Shown: positions 31,390-42,641 of the stretch, one piece after another
Position numbering within the stretch: the stretch's first letter is position 1
How the letters are laid out: every line of letters starts with the position of its first letter
Source: an uncultured bacterium
GTDB lineage: Bacteria > Verrucomicrobiota > Verrucomicrobiia > Limisphaerales > UBA8199
Length of the DNA stretch: 64,000 nucleotides
NCBI GenBank assembly: GCA_963749495.1
Contig: CAVVMW010000015.1
Location: 384,001-448,000, forward strand
Direction of reading: 5' to 3'
Program-made: the position numbers and the translations under genes
Notes under the pieces: model-generated
The model's database searches: none
Seen by the model: only the letters and a program-made list of their open reading frames with translations
What the model was told of the DNA's origin: nothing

Positions 31390-33426
31390 ATGACGGATGC
31401 TTATGATATCTCGCTCGCATTAACTACGACCCTGCTGTTCGTGGCACTGGGGTGGTCCGTCTCGCTGCGCAGGCGGGTGAAGGAGCAAACCGAGCGAATT
31501 CGTCGCCAAGTGGAACGGGAGGCCCATTTGGAGCTGAAATACACGGAACTTTTTGAGCACGCAAACGACATGGTATTCAGCCTGGATTTGGCTGGGCGGT
31601 TCACCGCGCTCAACAAAACCGGCGAGAGAATTCTAGGATGCACACGGGAGAAATGTCTGCAGCGCATGCTCAAGGACTTCGTCGTGGAAACGCACCTGCC
31701 AGCCTTCGGCCACTGGATGGCCAAATGCATGGCGGGGGCGGCGCCACCGCCTCTGGAGCTCCAGGTTTGCGGCACGAAGCGGTGCCTGTTTTTTCTGGAA
31801 TTGAGTGCCCAACCGATTCGTGAGGGAAATGGAATTACGGGAGTCCAAGGCATCGGGCGCGATGCCACTGAGCGAAAGCAGGCCGAGGAGGCCTTGCGCC
31901 AATCTGAGGAACGGTTTTCGAGCGCCTTCCGAGTGAGTCCTGTGGCGATTGCCGTCACCAGCCTAAAGGATGGGGCATACATTGATGTGAACGAGAGCTT
32001 CGTGCGTCTTTTTGGGTTCCGGCGCGAGGAGCTCATCGGGCACACGCCGGTCGAGCTCAACCTCTGGGCCGATCCTCAGGCCCAGAAGAGGCTCGACGAA
32101 ATGTTGGCCAAGCGGCAATCCGTCGGCGGCGTCGAGTGCGACTTGCGGGTGAAGTCCGGTGAGCTCAGAAAAACTCTGCTGTTTGTTGAGCCTATTGATC
32201 TCAACAGCAGCCCCTGCGCCCTGACGATTGTGCATGACATGACTGAACGGCTGGCACTGGAAGAAAAACTGCGCAAAGCAATGAAATTGGAGGCCGTAGG
32301 CCGCCTGGCAGCCGGTGTGGCGCACGACTTCAATAACCTGCTGACCGTTATCCAGGGCAACGCTGACATGGCGCTCTACCAGAATTCCCAGAATGCTGCT
32401 GTGGCCAAAGCGTTGGATCGAATCGGAGAAGCTTCGCGCAAAGCGGGTAATCTGACACGCCAGTTGCTGACATTCAGCCGCCAGCAAACTCCGCAGCCCA
32501 AACCGCTGGATCTGAACGAGGTGATTAATGGCGCAACCCGGCTGTTCAAGCATCTCCTGTCCGAAGATCTCATCCTTCGCTTCAGGTTCGCACCTCATCT
32601 TCCCATCATCAACGCAGATCCCACCATGATCGAACAAGTTATCATGAACCTGGTGGTCAATGCCCGTGATGCGATGCCGAAAGGTGGGGAATTGGATATC
32701 GATACCAGTTATGCGGAAATTGATCGAACCTATCTAAAGAATCATTCCGAGGCTTCTCCGGGTCATTACGCCTGCCTCACAGTCAGCGACACCGGCTGCG
32801 GCATGGATCCGGCAACCCAGGCCAGCATTTTTGAGCCTTTCTTCACCACCAAGGATCTCGGCAAGGGCACGGGCCTTGGCTTGGCGACCACTTACGGAAT
32901 CATAAAGCAGCACAAGGGATGGATCGAAGTCAGCAGTGAAGTCGGGAAGGGGTCCAGATTCACGGTCTATATCCCCTCTGAATCACCAGCACAACCTGTG
33001 TCGGCAAGTTGCAACCCCTTGCCAGCTTCTGAGTCTCGAAAAACCATCCTGATCGTCGAAGACGAACCTGGCGTGGCCGAGTTGGTTCGAGCTGTGCTGC
33101 AGGAAGACGGTTATAAAATCCTGGAAGCCAGCGACGGGTTGGGGGCACTGCAGGTGTGGAATGACAATCGCGGCAGTATCAACCTGCTCCTCACGGACCT
33201 CAACATGCCGCACGGAATGTCGGGCGTCAATTTAGCCGATAATCTCCGCGCCCTGGCACCCAACCTCCAATTAATCTATATGAGCGGCGGTGGCGCGGAA
33301 AAGCTCATGGCTCAACTTCAATCCGGCAAGGATGGGGTGTTCCTCGCGAAGCCATTCTCCCCGGCGCACCTCCAGCAAACCGTGCGCTGCCGGCTTCAGG
33401 GAAAGCCAGTCTTCGCAGCCGCCTAG
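31390..33426 (+). CDS. Hybrid sensor histidine kinase (TM-PAS-PAS-HisKA-HATPase-REC)
   Basis: GRLAAGVAHDFNN, NLVVNARDAM, FEPFFTTK, GTGLGL, ILIVEDE, LLLTD. Confidence 0.95.
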   Translation: MTDAYDISLALTTTLLFVALGWSVSLRRRVKEQTERIRRQVEREAHLELKYTELFEHANDMVFSLDLAGRFTALNKTGERILGCTREKCLQRMLKDFVVETHLPAFGHWMAKCMAGAAPPPLELQVCGTKRCLFFLELSAQPIREGNGITGVQGIGRDATERKQAEEALRQSEERFSSAFRVSPVAIAVTSLKDGAYIDVNESFVRLFGFRREELIGHTPVELNLWADPQAQKRLDEMLAKRQSVGGVECDLRVKSGELRKTLLFVEPIDLNSSPCALTIVHDMTERLALEEKLRKAMKLEAVGRLAAGVAHDFNNLLTVIQGNADMALYQNSQNAAVAKALDRIGEASRKAGNLTRQLLTFSRQQTPQPKPLDLNEVINGATRLFKHLLSEDLILRFRFAPHLPIINADPTMIEQVIMNLVVNARDAMPKGGELDIDTSYAEIDRTYLKNHSEASPGHYACLTVSDTGCGMDPATQASIFEPFFTTKDLGKGTGLGLATTYGIIKQHKGWIEVSSEVGKGSRFTVYIPSESPAQPVSASCNPLPASESRKTILIVEDEPGVAELVRAVLQEDGYKILEASDGLGALQVWNDNRGSINLLLTDLNMPHGMSGVNLADNLRALAPNLQLIYMSGGGAEKLMAQLQSGKDGVFLAKPFSPAHLQQTVRCRLQGKPVFAAA

Positions 33427-33474
33427 CTGGTGCGCCACGCATGGCTGGCGCTGATATATGAAATTTCAGCGGAA

Positions 33475-34782
33475 TCAAATGTCGAGATCGAACCCCTTCG
33501 ATCCTGGGCCGGAGGTTGAGAGGGTGATGGGAGGGGCGAGGGGCGGGGGTCCGGCGCGCGCGACCGCTTCGAGGTAGCATTGGTTCATCCGTTCGCCCTT
33601 TGGATTCCAGCCGTAGTTGCGCAGCACGGCCTGGCGGGCGGCCTGGCCATGGGCTGCGAGGGCGGCGGGGTTCTGCGCATACCACCGGATGCCCTGTGCC
33701 AGCCCGGCAACCACCTCCGGGCGCGAGGCCAGCGGCACCTTGATGCCGCAGCCCGCGCTGACCGCCAGCCCGGGCCCGCCACAGTCCAGGCACAGGACCG
33801 GCAGTGCGTTGAACATGGCCTCGAGGACCGCGCAACCGCCGGTATCGTGCAGGCTCGGAAAGAGAAAGAGGTCGTAATCGGGGTAGAACTCGAGCACCTG
33901 CTCGCGTGGCAGCCGCCCCAGGAATTCCACTCGAGTGCCCAGGCCCAGGGTTTGGGCTTTGCGCTTTGCCGCAGGCAGGCAATTGCCCGCGCCCGCCAGG
34001 GTGAAAGTGGCATCCACCCCTGCCGCCTTGAGCGCCTCAAGGGCCAGGTCAATGCCTTTGAGCGCGATAATGTTTCCGACAAAGAGCAGGCGCAACGGCC
34101 CGGAGCGCGGCGGGTGCGGCCGATAGGGCAGTTCGGCGGCGTTGAGCCCGATGGCCGGGATCAGTTGGCTTTGCAGGCCCAGCCTGGCAAAGGCCCGCTG
34201 CATCCGGGCCGTGGAGACCACCAGCAGGGTGCTCGCCCGGGCGCGCCTGCGCAGGGGGTGAAAGGGGGTCGCCTGGAGCATGTTGCTGAGGTTGCGAAGT
34301 CCCTCGCGCACGAGCGAGACCGGGTGGCTCCAGGGCAGCAGCCCCAGGGGAATGGATTCGATGCCGCCCACGGGCCCCCAGATGCAGGGCACACCATGCC
34401 CCCAAATCGCCGCCGGGTAGCGGAACCCGGCGAACGTGACATGGTGCATCAGGTCGTAGTGGTGGACCTGGTGCAATCGCCTGACGACTTGGCGGGCCGA
34501 TCTCTGCCACAACACGTAGTAGAGCTGGATGGCCTTGGCGCGCCGCTTCATTTCCAGGAGCAGCGCGTGGCGGTCGTGATAGACGAAGCGCGGCAGCGGT
34601 TGCAGGCCCGCCAACCGCTGAAGCCCTGCCTCGATGGCCTCGCGATTATTGGACCGCGTCAATACGGTCACCTCGTGAAACCGCGCCATCTGCAGCGCCC
34701 ATTGCCAGCCCACTTCCGGTTCAGACCCCTTGAAGGGCTCGCAGGCATAGGCAGAAATCAGTACGTTGAGCCTTTGCGCCAT
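33475..34782 (-). CDS. Glycosyltransferase family 4
   Basis: SAYACEP..GSEP.VGW; FPSLHDTGG..VLEAM. Confidence 0.9.
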   Translation of the reverse strand: MAQRLNVLISAYACEPFKGSEPEVGWQWALQMARFHEVTVLTRSNNREAIEAGLQRLAGLQPLPRFVYHDRHALLLEMKRRAKAIQLYYVLWQRSARQVVRRLHQVHHYDLMHHVTFAGFRYPAAIWGHGVPCIWGPVGGIESIPLGLLPWSHPVSLVREGLRNLSNMLQATPFHPLRRRARASTLLVVSTARMQRAFARLGLQSQLIPAIGLNAAELPYRPHPPRSGPLRLLFVGNIIALKGIDLALEALKAAGVDATFTLAGAGNCLPAAKRKAQTLGLGTRVEFLGRLPREQVLEFYPDYDLFLFPSLHDTGGCAVLEAMFNALPVLCLDCGGPGLAVSAGCGIKVPLASRPEVVAGLAQGIRWYAQNPAALAAHGQAARQAVLRNYGWNPKGERMNQCYLEAVARAGPPPLAPPITLSTSGPGSKGFDLDI

Positions 34783-34859
34783 CCAATCGGTGAGATTAGG
34801 CAAAAGGCCCGGGCGTGGCAAGTCGCCGCCGGGGGCAGGACCATTCGATTTGTGGGAGA

Positions 34860-35071
34860 GGCAAAATCATTGGTGTGGCAAAATCATGGGGAGCCCCCTT
34901 TGGCTTCTGCCAATGCATTGGGACCATGAACCGGTCACGGGCCCCAAGGCTGCGAAGCGTTTTGGACTGCGGCAGTCCTCTGCCGCTTTCGCGTTCCCAG
35001 AACCAGGGACTGAAAAGCGGCAGAGGACTGCCGCAGTCCAAAACCTCGCGGGCCTCCTCACGGGTTCATGG
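34860..35071. repeat. Composite REP mosaic
   Basis: GGCAAAATCAT direct repeat; CCATGAACC..GGTTCATGG bracketing a REP doublet at 34952-35051. Confidence 0.75.
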
Positions 35072-35094
35072 AGAGAAGGGGGTCCGTCGAACCC

Positions 35095-35252
35095 GGGCGC
35101 TTCCGACACTACCCCCGCCACCTACGCCGAAGGGCCGGAGCGCCGGCTTCAGCCGGCTTTGGACGTTCGATGTTCAAAGGGGCCCACAGGGGTGCAGGTG
35201 CGCGCAAAGCCGGGTGAAGCCGGCCTTCCGGGGGCCGTGTCGGGATGCGCCC
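35095..35252. mobile_element. MITE copy 2 with a 9-bp target-site duplication
   Basis: GTCGAACCC at 35086-35094 and 35253-35261; ends GGGCGC..GACAC / GTGTC..TGCGCCC. Confidence 0.8.
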
Positions 35253-35314
35253 GTCGAACCCGTCGTGGCCCTTTTGCCCTTTGCACATCGCCTGGCCCGG
35301 ATTATTCTCCGGAA

Positions 35315-36076
35315 ATGCAGCGGGTCCCTCTTTTCGCGATTGCCAGTTATTGCGACCGGCTGCTGCGGACGGCCAAGGTGCAGGACTACGACCGGGCGGC
35401 CAACGGTCTGCAGGCCGAGAACCGCGGGGCCGTGACGCGGATCGCGGCGGCGGTGGATGCCAGCCTGGCCACGGTGAGGCTGGCCGTGGCGGCCCAGGCG
35501 GACCTGCTGCTGGTACACCATGGGCTTTTTTGGGACCCGGCGTCGCCATGGACCGGGAGGCGTTACCAACTGCTGCGGTGCCTGCTGGACAACGACCTGG
35601 CCGTCTATAGCTCTCATCTGCCTCTGGATGCCCATCCGAAGCTGGGCAACAATGCTCAACTGGCCCGCGCCCTGGGGTTGAACCACTTGCGCCCGTTCTT
35701 CCTGGACCACGGCCAGTTCATCGGTTTTCAGACCACGGGCCGGATTGGCAGGACGACGCTCGCAGCCCGGTTGCGTCGCGTCACGGGGGCCGAACCGCGG
35801 GTCGTCCCGGGCGGACCGAAGGTCTGCCGGCGCATCGGCGTGGTCAGCGGCGGGGCGGGCGATTCAATCAAGAAGGCGGCCCAGGAGGGCGTTGACACCT
35901 TCATCACGGGCGAAGGCCCGCACTGGACTTACGCGCTGGCAGAGGACCTGGGCCTCAATGTCCTCTACGGCGGCCATTACGCGACCGAGACCTTCGGCGT
36001 CAAAGCCCTGGCCGCCGATCTCTGCCGCCGGTTCAAAATCCCGTGGACCTTCGTGGATTACCCGACGGGGATGTGA
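35315..36076 (+). CDS. Nif3-like dinuclear metal centre protein (YbgI)
   Basis: NGLQ, VHHGLFW, HLPLDAHP..GNN, GGHYATETFGV. Confidence 0.95.
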   Translation: MQRVPLFAIASYCDRLLRTAKVQDYDRAANGLQAENRGAVTRIAAAVDASLATVRLAVAAQADLLLVHHGLFWDPASPWTGRRYQLLRCLLDNDLAVYSSHLPLDAHPKLGNNAQLARALGLNHLRPFFLDHGQFIGFQTTGRIGRTTLAARLRRVTGAEPRVVPGGPKVCRRIGVVSGGAGDSIKKAAQEGVDTFITGEGPHWTYALAEDLGLNVLYGGHYATETFGVKALAADLCRRFKIPWTFVDYPTGM

Positions 36077-36078
36077 GC

Positions 36079-36159
36079 CGTGAAACGTGAAACGTGAAGC
36101 GTGAACCTCTTCTCATGCCTCACGCGTGATCGGCCGCTTTTCACGTCTCACGTTTCACG
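36079..36159. repeat. Inverted heptamer arrays (CGTGAAA)x4 / (TTTCACG)x3
   Basis: Between convergent nif3 and purH. Confidence 0.9.
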
Positions 36160-36178
36160 CCACTAGCAGTCCCCTCCC

Positions 36179-37732
36179 TCAGTGTCTGAAGTGCCTCGTC
36201 CCGGTGAAGGCCATGGCGAGGTTCCGTTGATCGGCGGCGGCAATGACCTCGGCATCGCGCACGGAGCCTCCGGGCTGGATGGCCGCCGTAGCGCCGGCCT
36301 CGGCAGCCGCTACAAGCCCGTCGGCAAACGGGAAGAACGCGTCGCTGCACACCACGCTGCCTCGGAGCGATAAACCGGCCTCGCCCGCCTTCCACACCGC
36401 CAGCCGGCTGGCATCCACGCGGCTCATCTGGCCGGCGCCGATGCCCAGGGTCCGGTCGGCGGCGACATAGACGATGGCATTGGACTTGACATGCTTGACG
36501 ATGCGCCAGCCGAAGAACATCGCCTGCAACTCGGCCGGGGTGGGCCGGCGGCGCGTCACGAAGCTCAGGTCCTCCAGCCGGGCCGTTTTGAGGTCGCGCT
36601 CCTGCACCAGGAAGGAATCGGCCCCGACGCTGCGCGCCTCCCAGGGCTGGGCGCAGAGAGGGCTCTTGAGGATCTTGAGGAGGCGAAGGTTCTTCTTTAC
36701 CTGGAGCACGCCCAGGGCTTCCGGGGTGAAGTCAGGGGCAATGATGACTTCGCTGAAGATTTCCGCGATGGCCTGGGCGCAGGGGAGGTCCAGGGGTTGA
36801 TTGACGGCGATGATGCCGCCAAAAGGCGCCTGCCGGTCCGTGGCGAAGGCCTTGTCCCAGGCCTCGCGCAGGGTATTGCCCTGGCCGACGCCGCAGGGGT
36901 TGGTGTGCTTGAGGATGGCCAGGGTTGGCGCGCCGCCGGCGAAGTCGGCGGCCAGGTTGGCGGCGGCGGTCAAATCGAGGATGTTGTTGTAGGAAAGCTC
37001 CTTGCCCTGAAGCTGCCGGAAGAAGTCCGCGAAGCGGCCATAGAGCGCGGCGGCCTGGTGCGGGTTCTCCCCGTAGCGCAACGCCTGGGCCAGTGGGGCC
37101 TGGACAGAGAGGGTGGCGGGCAGGCCGGCTCGAGGGCCGGTCGAGAAGGTCTTTTCCAGGTGCGCTGCGATGGCCGCGTCATAAGCGGCGGTCCGGGCGA
37201 AGACCTTGGCGGCCAGCCGCCGCCTCAAGTCGAGGGTGGTGTGGCCTGCCGCCCGGACCTGCTCGGCCAGGGCCGGGTAATCCGCCGGGTCGACGACCAC
37301 CGTGACGCTCTCGTGGTTCTTGGCAGCGCTGCGGAGCATGGAGGGGCCGCCGATGTCGATGTTCTCGATGGCCTCGCGCAGGAGCGCGTTGGGGCGGGCG
37401 ACGGTCTGCTCGAAGGGGTAGAGATTGACCACCACGAGATCGATGGGTTTGATGCCTTGGGCCTGGACGGCGGCCTCGTGGGCCGCGTTGCCGCGCAAGT
37501 AAAGCAAACCGCCGTGGACTTTCGGGTGCAGGGTCTTGACCCGGCCATCGAGCATCTCCGGGAACCCGGTGTAGTCGCTCAGGTCCGTCACCGTCAACCC
37601 GGCGTCGCGCAGGGCCTTGGCGGTCCCGCCGGTCGAGATCAACTCCACCCCGGCCGCCGCCAGCGCCTGGGCCAGGGGCACCAGCCCGGATTTGTCCCAG
37701 ACCGAAAGCAATGCCCGTCGAATTGGCTCCAT
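36179..37732 (-). CDS. purH: Bifunctional AICAR transformylase/IMP cyclohydrolase
   Basis: [47 protein letters not shown]. Confidence 0.97.
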   Translation of the reverse strand: MEPIRRALLSVWDKSGLVPLAQALAAAGVELISTGGTAKALRDAGLTVTDLSDYTGFPEMLDGRVKTLHPKVHGGLLYLRGNAAHEAAVQAQGIKPIDLVVVNLYPFEQTVARPNALLREAIENIDIGGPSMLRSAAKNHESVTVVVDPADYPALAEQVRAAGHTTLDLRRRLAAKVFARTAAYDAAIAAHLEKTFSTGPRAGLPATLSVQAPLAQALRYGENPHQAAALYGRFADFFRQLQGKELSYNNILDLTAAANLAADFAGGAPTLAILKHTNPCGVGQGNTLREAWDKAFATDRQAPFGGIIAVNQPLDLPCAQAIAEIFSEVIIAPDFTPEALGVLQVKKNLRLLKILKSPLCAQPWEARSVGADSFLVQERDLKTARLEDLSFVTRRRPTPAELQAMFFGWRIVKHVKSNAIVYVAADRTLGIGAGQMSRVDASRLAVWKAGEAGLSLRGSVVCSDAFFPFADGLVAAAEAGATAAIQPGGSVRDAEVIAAADQRNLAMAFTGTRHFRH

Positions 37733-37762
37733 AAAAGAAAGGCCGGGTTGTTCACCCGGCCT
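37733..37762 (-). terminator. Intrinsic terminator directly abutting the purH start codon
   Basis: Minus strand AGGCCGGGT-GAACA-ACCCGGCCT-TTCTTTT-ATG. Confidence 0.7.
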
Positions 37763-37927
37763 GTCCACACATCCTACAATGAGAACTTTAAATTGTCATC
37801 AGATGCGGCGCCGCAGACTTACGCCTTCCAGCCACACACGGTCTGGTTACTGCGCTTTTGCACCGTCAACGCCCTGAGAATACTCCCAAGCCATCTCCCC
37901 TGCCAGTCACCAGGTACTGGGGACAGG

Positions 37928-38088
37928 GGGCGCAATCGGACACTGCCCCATCCACACTACCGAACGGCCCGGAGCGCGGGCTTTAGCCCGCTTTGGGCGC
38001 CCAATGTGCAATGGGCGCGCCAAGGGATTCCACGTCCGCGCAAAGCGGGCTAAAGCCCGCGCTCCGGGGGCAGTGTCCGATTGCGCCC
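37928..38088. mobile_element. MITE copy 3: perfect 22-bp TIR and 8-bp target-site duplication
   Basis: GGGCGCAATCGGACACTGCCCC 37928-37949 / 38067-38088; GGGACAGG at 37920-37927 and 38089-38096. Confidence 0.9.
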
Positions 38089-38200
38089 GGGACAGGGCCT
38101 GCTTTTTTCCTTTCCTGCCGGTCGAGCTTCGGGTATAAAAAGGTCGGGCCGAGCGCCAAATCGCAACTCCTCGGGTCGCGGTGAAAAGTGTCGCCGCACA

Positions 38201-38267
38201 GGAGTGCGGACGCCTCGTCCGCGCGGCCTTCGTGGCAAAAGCACGCGGACGGGGCGTCCGCGCTCCC
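38201..38267. repeat. GGAG-foot REP doublet
   Basis: GGAGTGCGGACGCCTCGTCCGCG ... CGCGGACGGGGCGTCCGCGCTCCC. Confidence 0.8.
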
Positions 38268-38340
38268 ATGGGCGGCCCGAACAGTTACGCCGAATCAATT
38301 ATCATGGCCTCCAGAATCACGGGTCGCAGGGGAGTGCATC

Positions 38341-38814
38341 ATGATTGATGCGGACAAGACAATCTTGTTGGTAGAAGACGACCGCAACGATGTCTTTTTC
38401 CTGAAGTATGCCTTCGAGGCCGCGGACATCGTCAATCCGGTTTACGTGGTCCAGGATGGCCAGGAGGCGGTCGATTACCTGGCGGGCGCCGGCCAATACG
38501 CCGACCGGGTGCGCTATCCCTTCCCCAGCATCCTGCTGCTGGACCTCAAGCTGCCCGTGCGGATGGGGGTGGATGTCTTGCGCTGGATCGGCCAGCAGCC
38601 CGGCATGGGGACCCTGCTAGTGATTGTGCTCACCTCCTCCTCCGACACTCGGGACATCGACAAGTGCTATCGCCTCGGGGCGCGTTCGTTTCTGGTCAAA
38701 CCGCTCTCGCTGGACCAGCGCCTCAATGTGGCCAAGGCCTTCAAGAATTACTGGCTGCAATTCAACGCGTTCCCCACCCTCGGCGGCTGCTCCGGGAAAC
38801 AGCGCAAAAAATGA
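38341..38814 (+). CDS. Single-domain response regulator
   Basis: ILLVEDD, LLLDLKLP, VLTSS, FLVKP. Confidence 0.95.
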   Translation: MIDADKTILLVEDDRNDVFFLKYAFEAADIVNPVYVVQDGQEAVDYLAGAGQYADRVRYPFPSILLLDLKLPVRMGVDVLRWIGQQPGMGTLLVIVLTSSSDTRDIDKCYRLGARSFLVKPLSLDQRLNVAKAFKNYWLQFNAFPTLGGCSGKQRKK

Positions 38815-38965
38815 TTGCACTCGGCCCGGGATTCGCTATTCTAGCGCCGATGACACCCGCCATTCTCAGAGCCGCGCGAATCCTTAACGAACTGTTTCAG
38901 CCTTGAGCTGGGACCCGTGAGTCGGCAACGGTCGAGACTGGCGGCCAATCCAGAGCATCGTCAGC

Positions 38966-39271
38966 ATGAGCACAAGACTGTTTGTTGGCAACTTGCCGTT
39001 TAGCACCACCAAAGACCAGCTCCAGAGCCTCTTTACCGCCCAGGGCAACGTAATCAACGTCGAGGTGATCATGGACAAGTTCACGGGCCGCTCGCGCGGC
39101 TTCGCCTTCGTGACCATGGAAACCAAAGAAGCCGCCGACGCCGCCATCAAGGCCCTGCACCGCAAAGAAGTGGAGGGCCGGATGCTGACCGTCAATGAAG
39201 CCCGCCCGCGGGAAGAGCGACCGCGCCCCGCCGCTTCCCGTGGAGGCGACCGCGCCCAGGACGCCCATTGA
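38966..39271 (+). CDS. RRM RNA-binding protein
   Basis: LFVGNL (RNP2), RGFAFVTM (RNP1), VNEARPRE. Confidence 0.95.
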   Translation: MSTRLFVGNLPFSTTKDQLQSLFTAQGNVINVEVIMDKFTGRSRGFAFVTMETKEAADAAIKALHRKEVEGRMLTVNEARPREERPRPAASRGGDRAQDAH

Positions 39272-39278
39272 CCTCCTG

Positions 39279-39803
39279 ATGTTAACGGAAGCCGGAACCG
39301 CGAGGCCGCTGCCCTGGTGGGCGGTGGTGCTGGTGGGGCGCAGCCCGAAGCGGACCTTGGTGCGCATCGGGGTCCTGGTGGCGGTTACTTTTCTGCTCTT
39401 CCGCTACGGGGTGGTGCTGGTTCGCATTCAGGGGCCAAGCATGCTGCCCACCTACCGGCACAACGAGGTCCGCCTGGTCAATCGCCTGGCCTACTGCCTG
39501 CACGAACCGCGGCGCGGGGATGTGGTGGCCATCCGGATGATCGCCGGCCCGCACGTGATGCTCTTGAAACGGGTCGTCGGGTTCCCGGGCGAGACGGTCG
39601 CCTTCCACGACGGCTGCCTGCTCATCAACGGACAGGTCCTCGACGAGCCCTACGTGCGCTACCCCTACCTGTGGGAGAAGGCCCCGGTCCGTGACGGCCC
39701 GGACGAGTTCTACGTGGTTGGGGACAATCGAACGATGCCCATAAATGACCACGACCACGGCCAGACCGAGCGCAATCTCATCGTGGGCAAGCTCGTCCTA
39801 TGA
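39279..39803 (+). CDS. lepB: Signal peptidase I
   Basis: GPSMLPT, RGDVV, LKRVVGFPGE, VGDNR. Confidence 0.9.
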   Translation: MLTEAGTARPLPWWAVVLVGRSPKRTLVRIGVLVAVTFLLFRYGVVLVRIQGPSMLPTYRHNEVRLVNRLAYCLHEPRRGDVVAIRMIAGPHVMLLKRVVGFPGETVAFHDGCLLINGQVLDEPYVRYPYLWEKAPVRDGPDEFYVVGDNRTMPINDHDHGQTERNLIVGKLVL

Positions 39804-40296
39804 CCAAGTGGCTGGTCCGTCTGGCGTTGCTGGCGGTGATCGCCGCCGCCGGGGTGTGGGTACGGCGCGCCTGGTTTCCCAGTCCGGAAACCGCGATTCG
39901 CCTCCGCCTCAACCAAGTGGCCCGTCTCGCCTCGTTCGGACCCAATGAAGGCGACTTGGCCAAGCTGCTCAACTCGCAGAAGCTGGCCGGCTTTTCACTG
40001 AGGACGTGCAGATCCGGCTCGAGTTCGGAGGAGCCGCGCACACACTCGAGGGACGCGAGAACATCCGCAACGCGGCGTTCAACGCGAGGTCGCTCTACAC
40101 CGGCCTCACCGTCGACTTTCCTGATATGGCGATCGAAGTCATGCCCGGCACGCTCACGGCCGAGGCGGCGCTGACCGCCCGGGCGAGGGCCGCCGGCGAC
40201 CGGGACATCCAGATTTATGAACTCAAGTTCATCCTCAGGAAGATCGGGGGCGACTGGCTCATCCGGCGGATCGAAACGGCCAGGACATTAAAATGA
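39800..40296 (+). CDS. Membrane-anchored hypothetical protein (NTF2-like); frameshift near 39995
   Basis: ORFs 39800-40174 and 40006-40296 form one plausible protein ending K.GGDWLIRRIE. Confidence 0.6.
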
Positions 40297-40415
40297 GTCC
40301 CATGTGCTCGCCTCTGTTCGTCCGCCGTTGGACTTCGCCTCCAGAGTGTGCCGGCGCGAGGGTCCGGGGCCGAGGCCCGCGGGCCGAGGGAGCACCGCCG
40401 GATTGAGGACCACCC

Positions 40416-40871
40416 ATGGCTACGAACAAACACGGGTTCCTCGACTACAAGAAGGCGCGTTTCGTCGCGCGGTTGCCTGCCGATTATCTCTACAGCCCCT
40501 CCCACCATTGGCTCGCCTGCCAGGACGGCAAGACCTGGAGGGTGGGGTTGACCCGCTTCGGCACTCGCTTGTTGGGGGAGATGGTCGATCACAGCTTCGG
40601 TGTCGCTATCGATGCACCCGTGTCCGTGGGCCAGATCATCGGCTGGTTGGAAGGCTTCAAGGCCATCTCCGATCTCTACTGCCTGGTCGAGGGCCGATTC
40701 GCCGGCGGCAACCCGGCACTCCAAACCGAAATCACCCTCGTCAACCAGGACCCCCACGGTGCCGGCTGGCTCTATGCCGTCCAAGGACAGCCCGATGCCA
40801 GGTGCGTCGGCGTCGAGGCCTACGCCCAAATCCTGGACAAGACGATCGAAAAGCTAAAGGCTAAAGGCTAA
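40416..40871 (+). CDS. Glycine cleavage H-like lipoyl-carrier protein
   Basis: YSPSHHW, VGLT, EGFKAISDL lipoyl-Lys motif, VNQDPHGAGWL. Confidence 0.85.
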   Translation: MATNKHGFLDYKKARFVARLPADYLYSPSHHWLACQDGKTWRVGLTRFGTRLLGEMVDHSFGVAIDAPVSVGQIIGWLEGFKAISDLYCLVEGRFAGGNPALQTEITLVNQDPHGAGWLYAVQGQPDARCVGVEAYAQILDKTIEKLKAKG

Positions 40872-41028
40872 AGGCTAAAGAAAAGGCTAAAGGCTAAAGG
40901 CTAAAGAAAAGGCTGAAGGCTAAAGGCTAAAGGCTAAAGTGGAGAGGCCGCGGCTCGATGGGAAAAAGGGACATAAGGGACCAAAGGGGACAAACCAACG
41001 CCCTCCTTTAGCCTTCAGCCTTTAGCCT

Positions 41029-41047
<19 letters not shown>
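40853..41047. repeat. Inverted heptamer arrays (GCTAAAG)x11 / (CTTTAGC)x6 with an internal nonamer array
   Basis: Counted directly; the arrays supply the stop codons of both convergent genes. Confidence 0.95.
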
Positions 41048-42101
<1,054 letters not shown>

Positions 42102-42102
<1 letters not shown>

Positions 42103-42386
42103 TAAACCGACGAATCGTCGGCCATGTGCTCGGCCAGGAGCGCGGCCACCTTGTCCACGACCGCTTCAGAGGGGTAGGAATGAGCCTGGAGCAGGGCCTT
42201 GGCCTTGGCCACTTTGTCGGGGCGGACGGCGGGCGTCTGCTGCCAGGCGCGCTCAATGGCCTCCGCGCCCTGGAGCGACACCTTGTCCGCTTGGAGTTCA
42301 GGCCGCGCCGTGGCCGCTTGCGCCCGGGCTGGGGGCGGCGCTCCGGGAGTTGCCGCAGGTTCGCCATCAGGACTTACGCGCATCAT
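42102..42386 (-). CDS. Small FlgM-like hypothetical protein, coupled to mutY (TAATG overlap)
   Basis: DKVSL...PAVRPDKVAKAKAL....YP....KVA..L resembles the FlgM C-terminus. Confidence 0.55.
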
Positions 42387-42510
42387 CTTGGTCTTGATAC
42401 TATCCCATTTTTCCGCTTTGCCCAGGAACATCGTCAGCTTTCCAGAAAGATTTAGCGCCAACGACTACGGAATGCCATCCGCGAAGATACGGACCTTACA
42501 CCCCTTTTCA

Positions 42511-42584
42511 AATGACGAATGACGAATGACGAATGACGAAACTGGCGGATGCGTGTGCAGTTTCGTCATTCGTCATTCGTCATT
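42511..42584. repeat. Inverted heptamer arrays (AATGACG)x4 / (CGTCATT)x3
   Basis: Perfect repeats between divergent genes. Confidence 0.95.
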
Positions 42585-42641
42585 TAGTCCTCCCGCCCTT
42601 CCTCCTTGCTCCCCGCCGCCATCTCGCGTAATAAGTGCAGC

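Noticed and set aside
37880..37915. ZTP riboswitch (GTGACTGGC on the minus strand upstream of purH)
   Set aside because: No P2 stem or downstream CGCCTGGG pseudoknot partner seen
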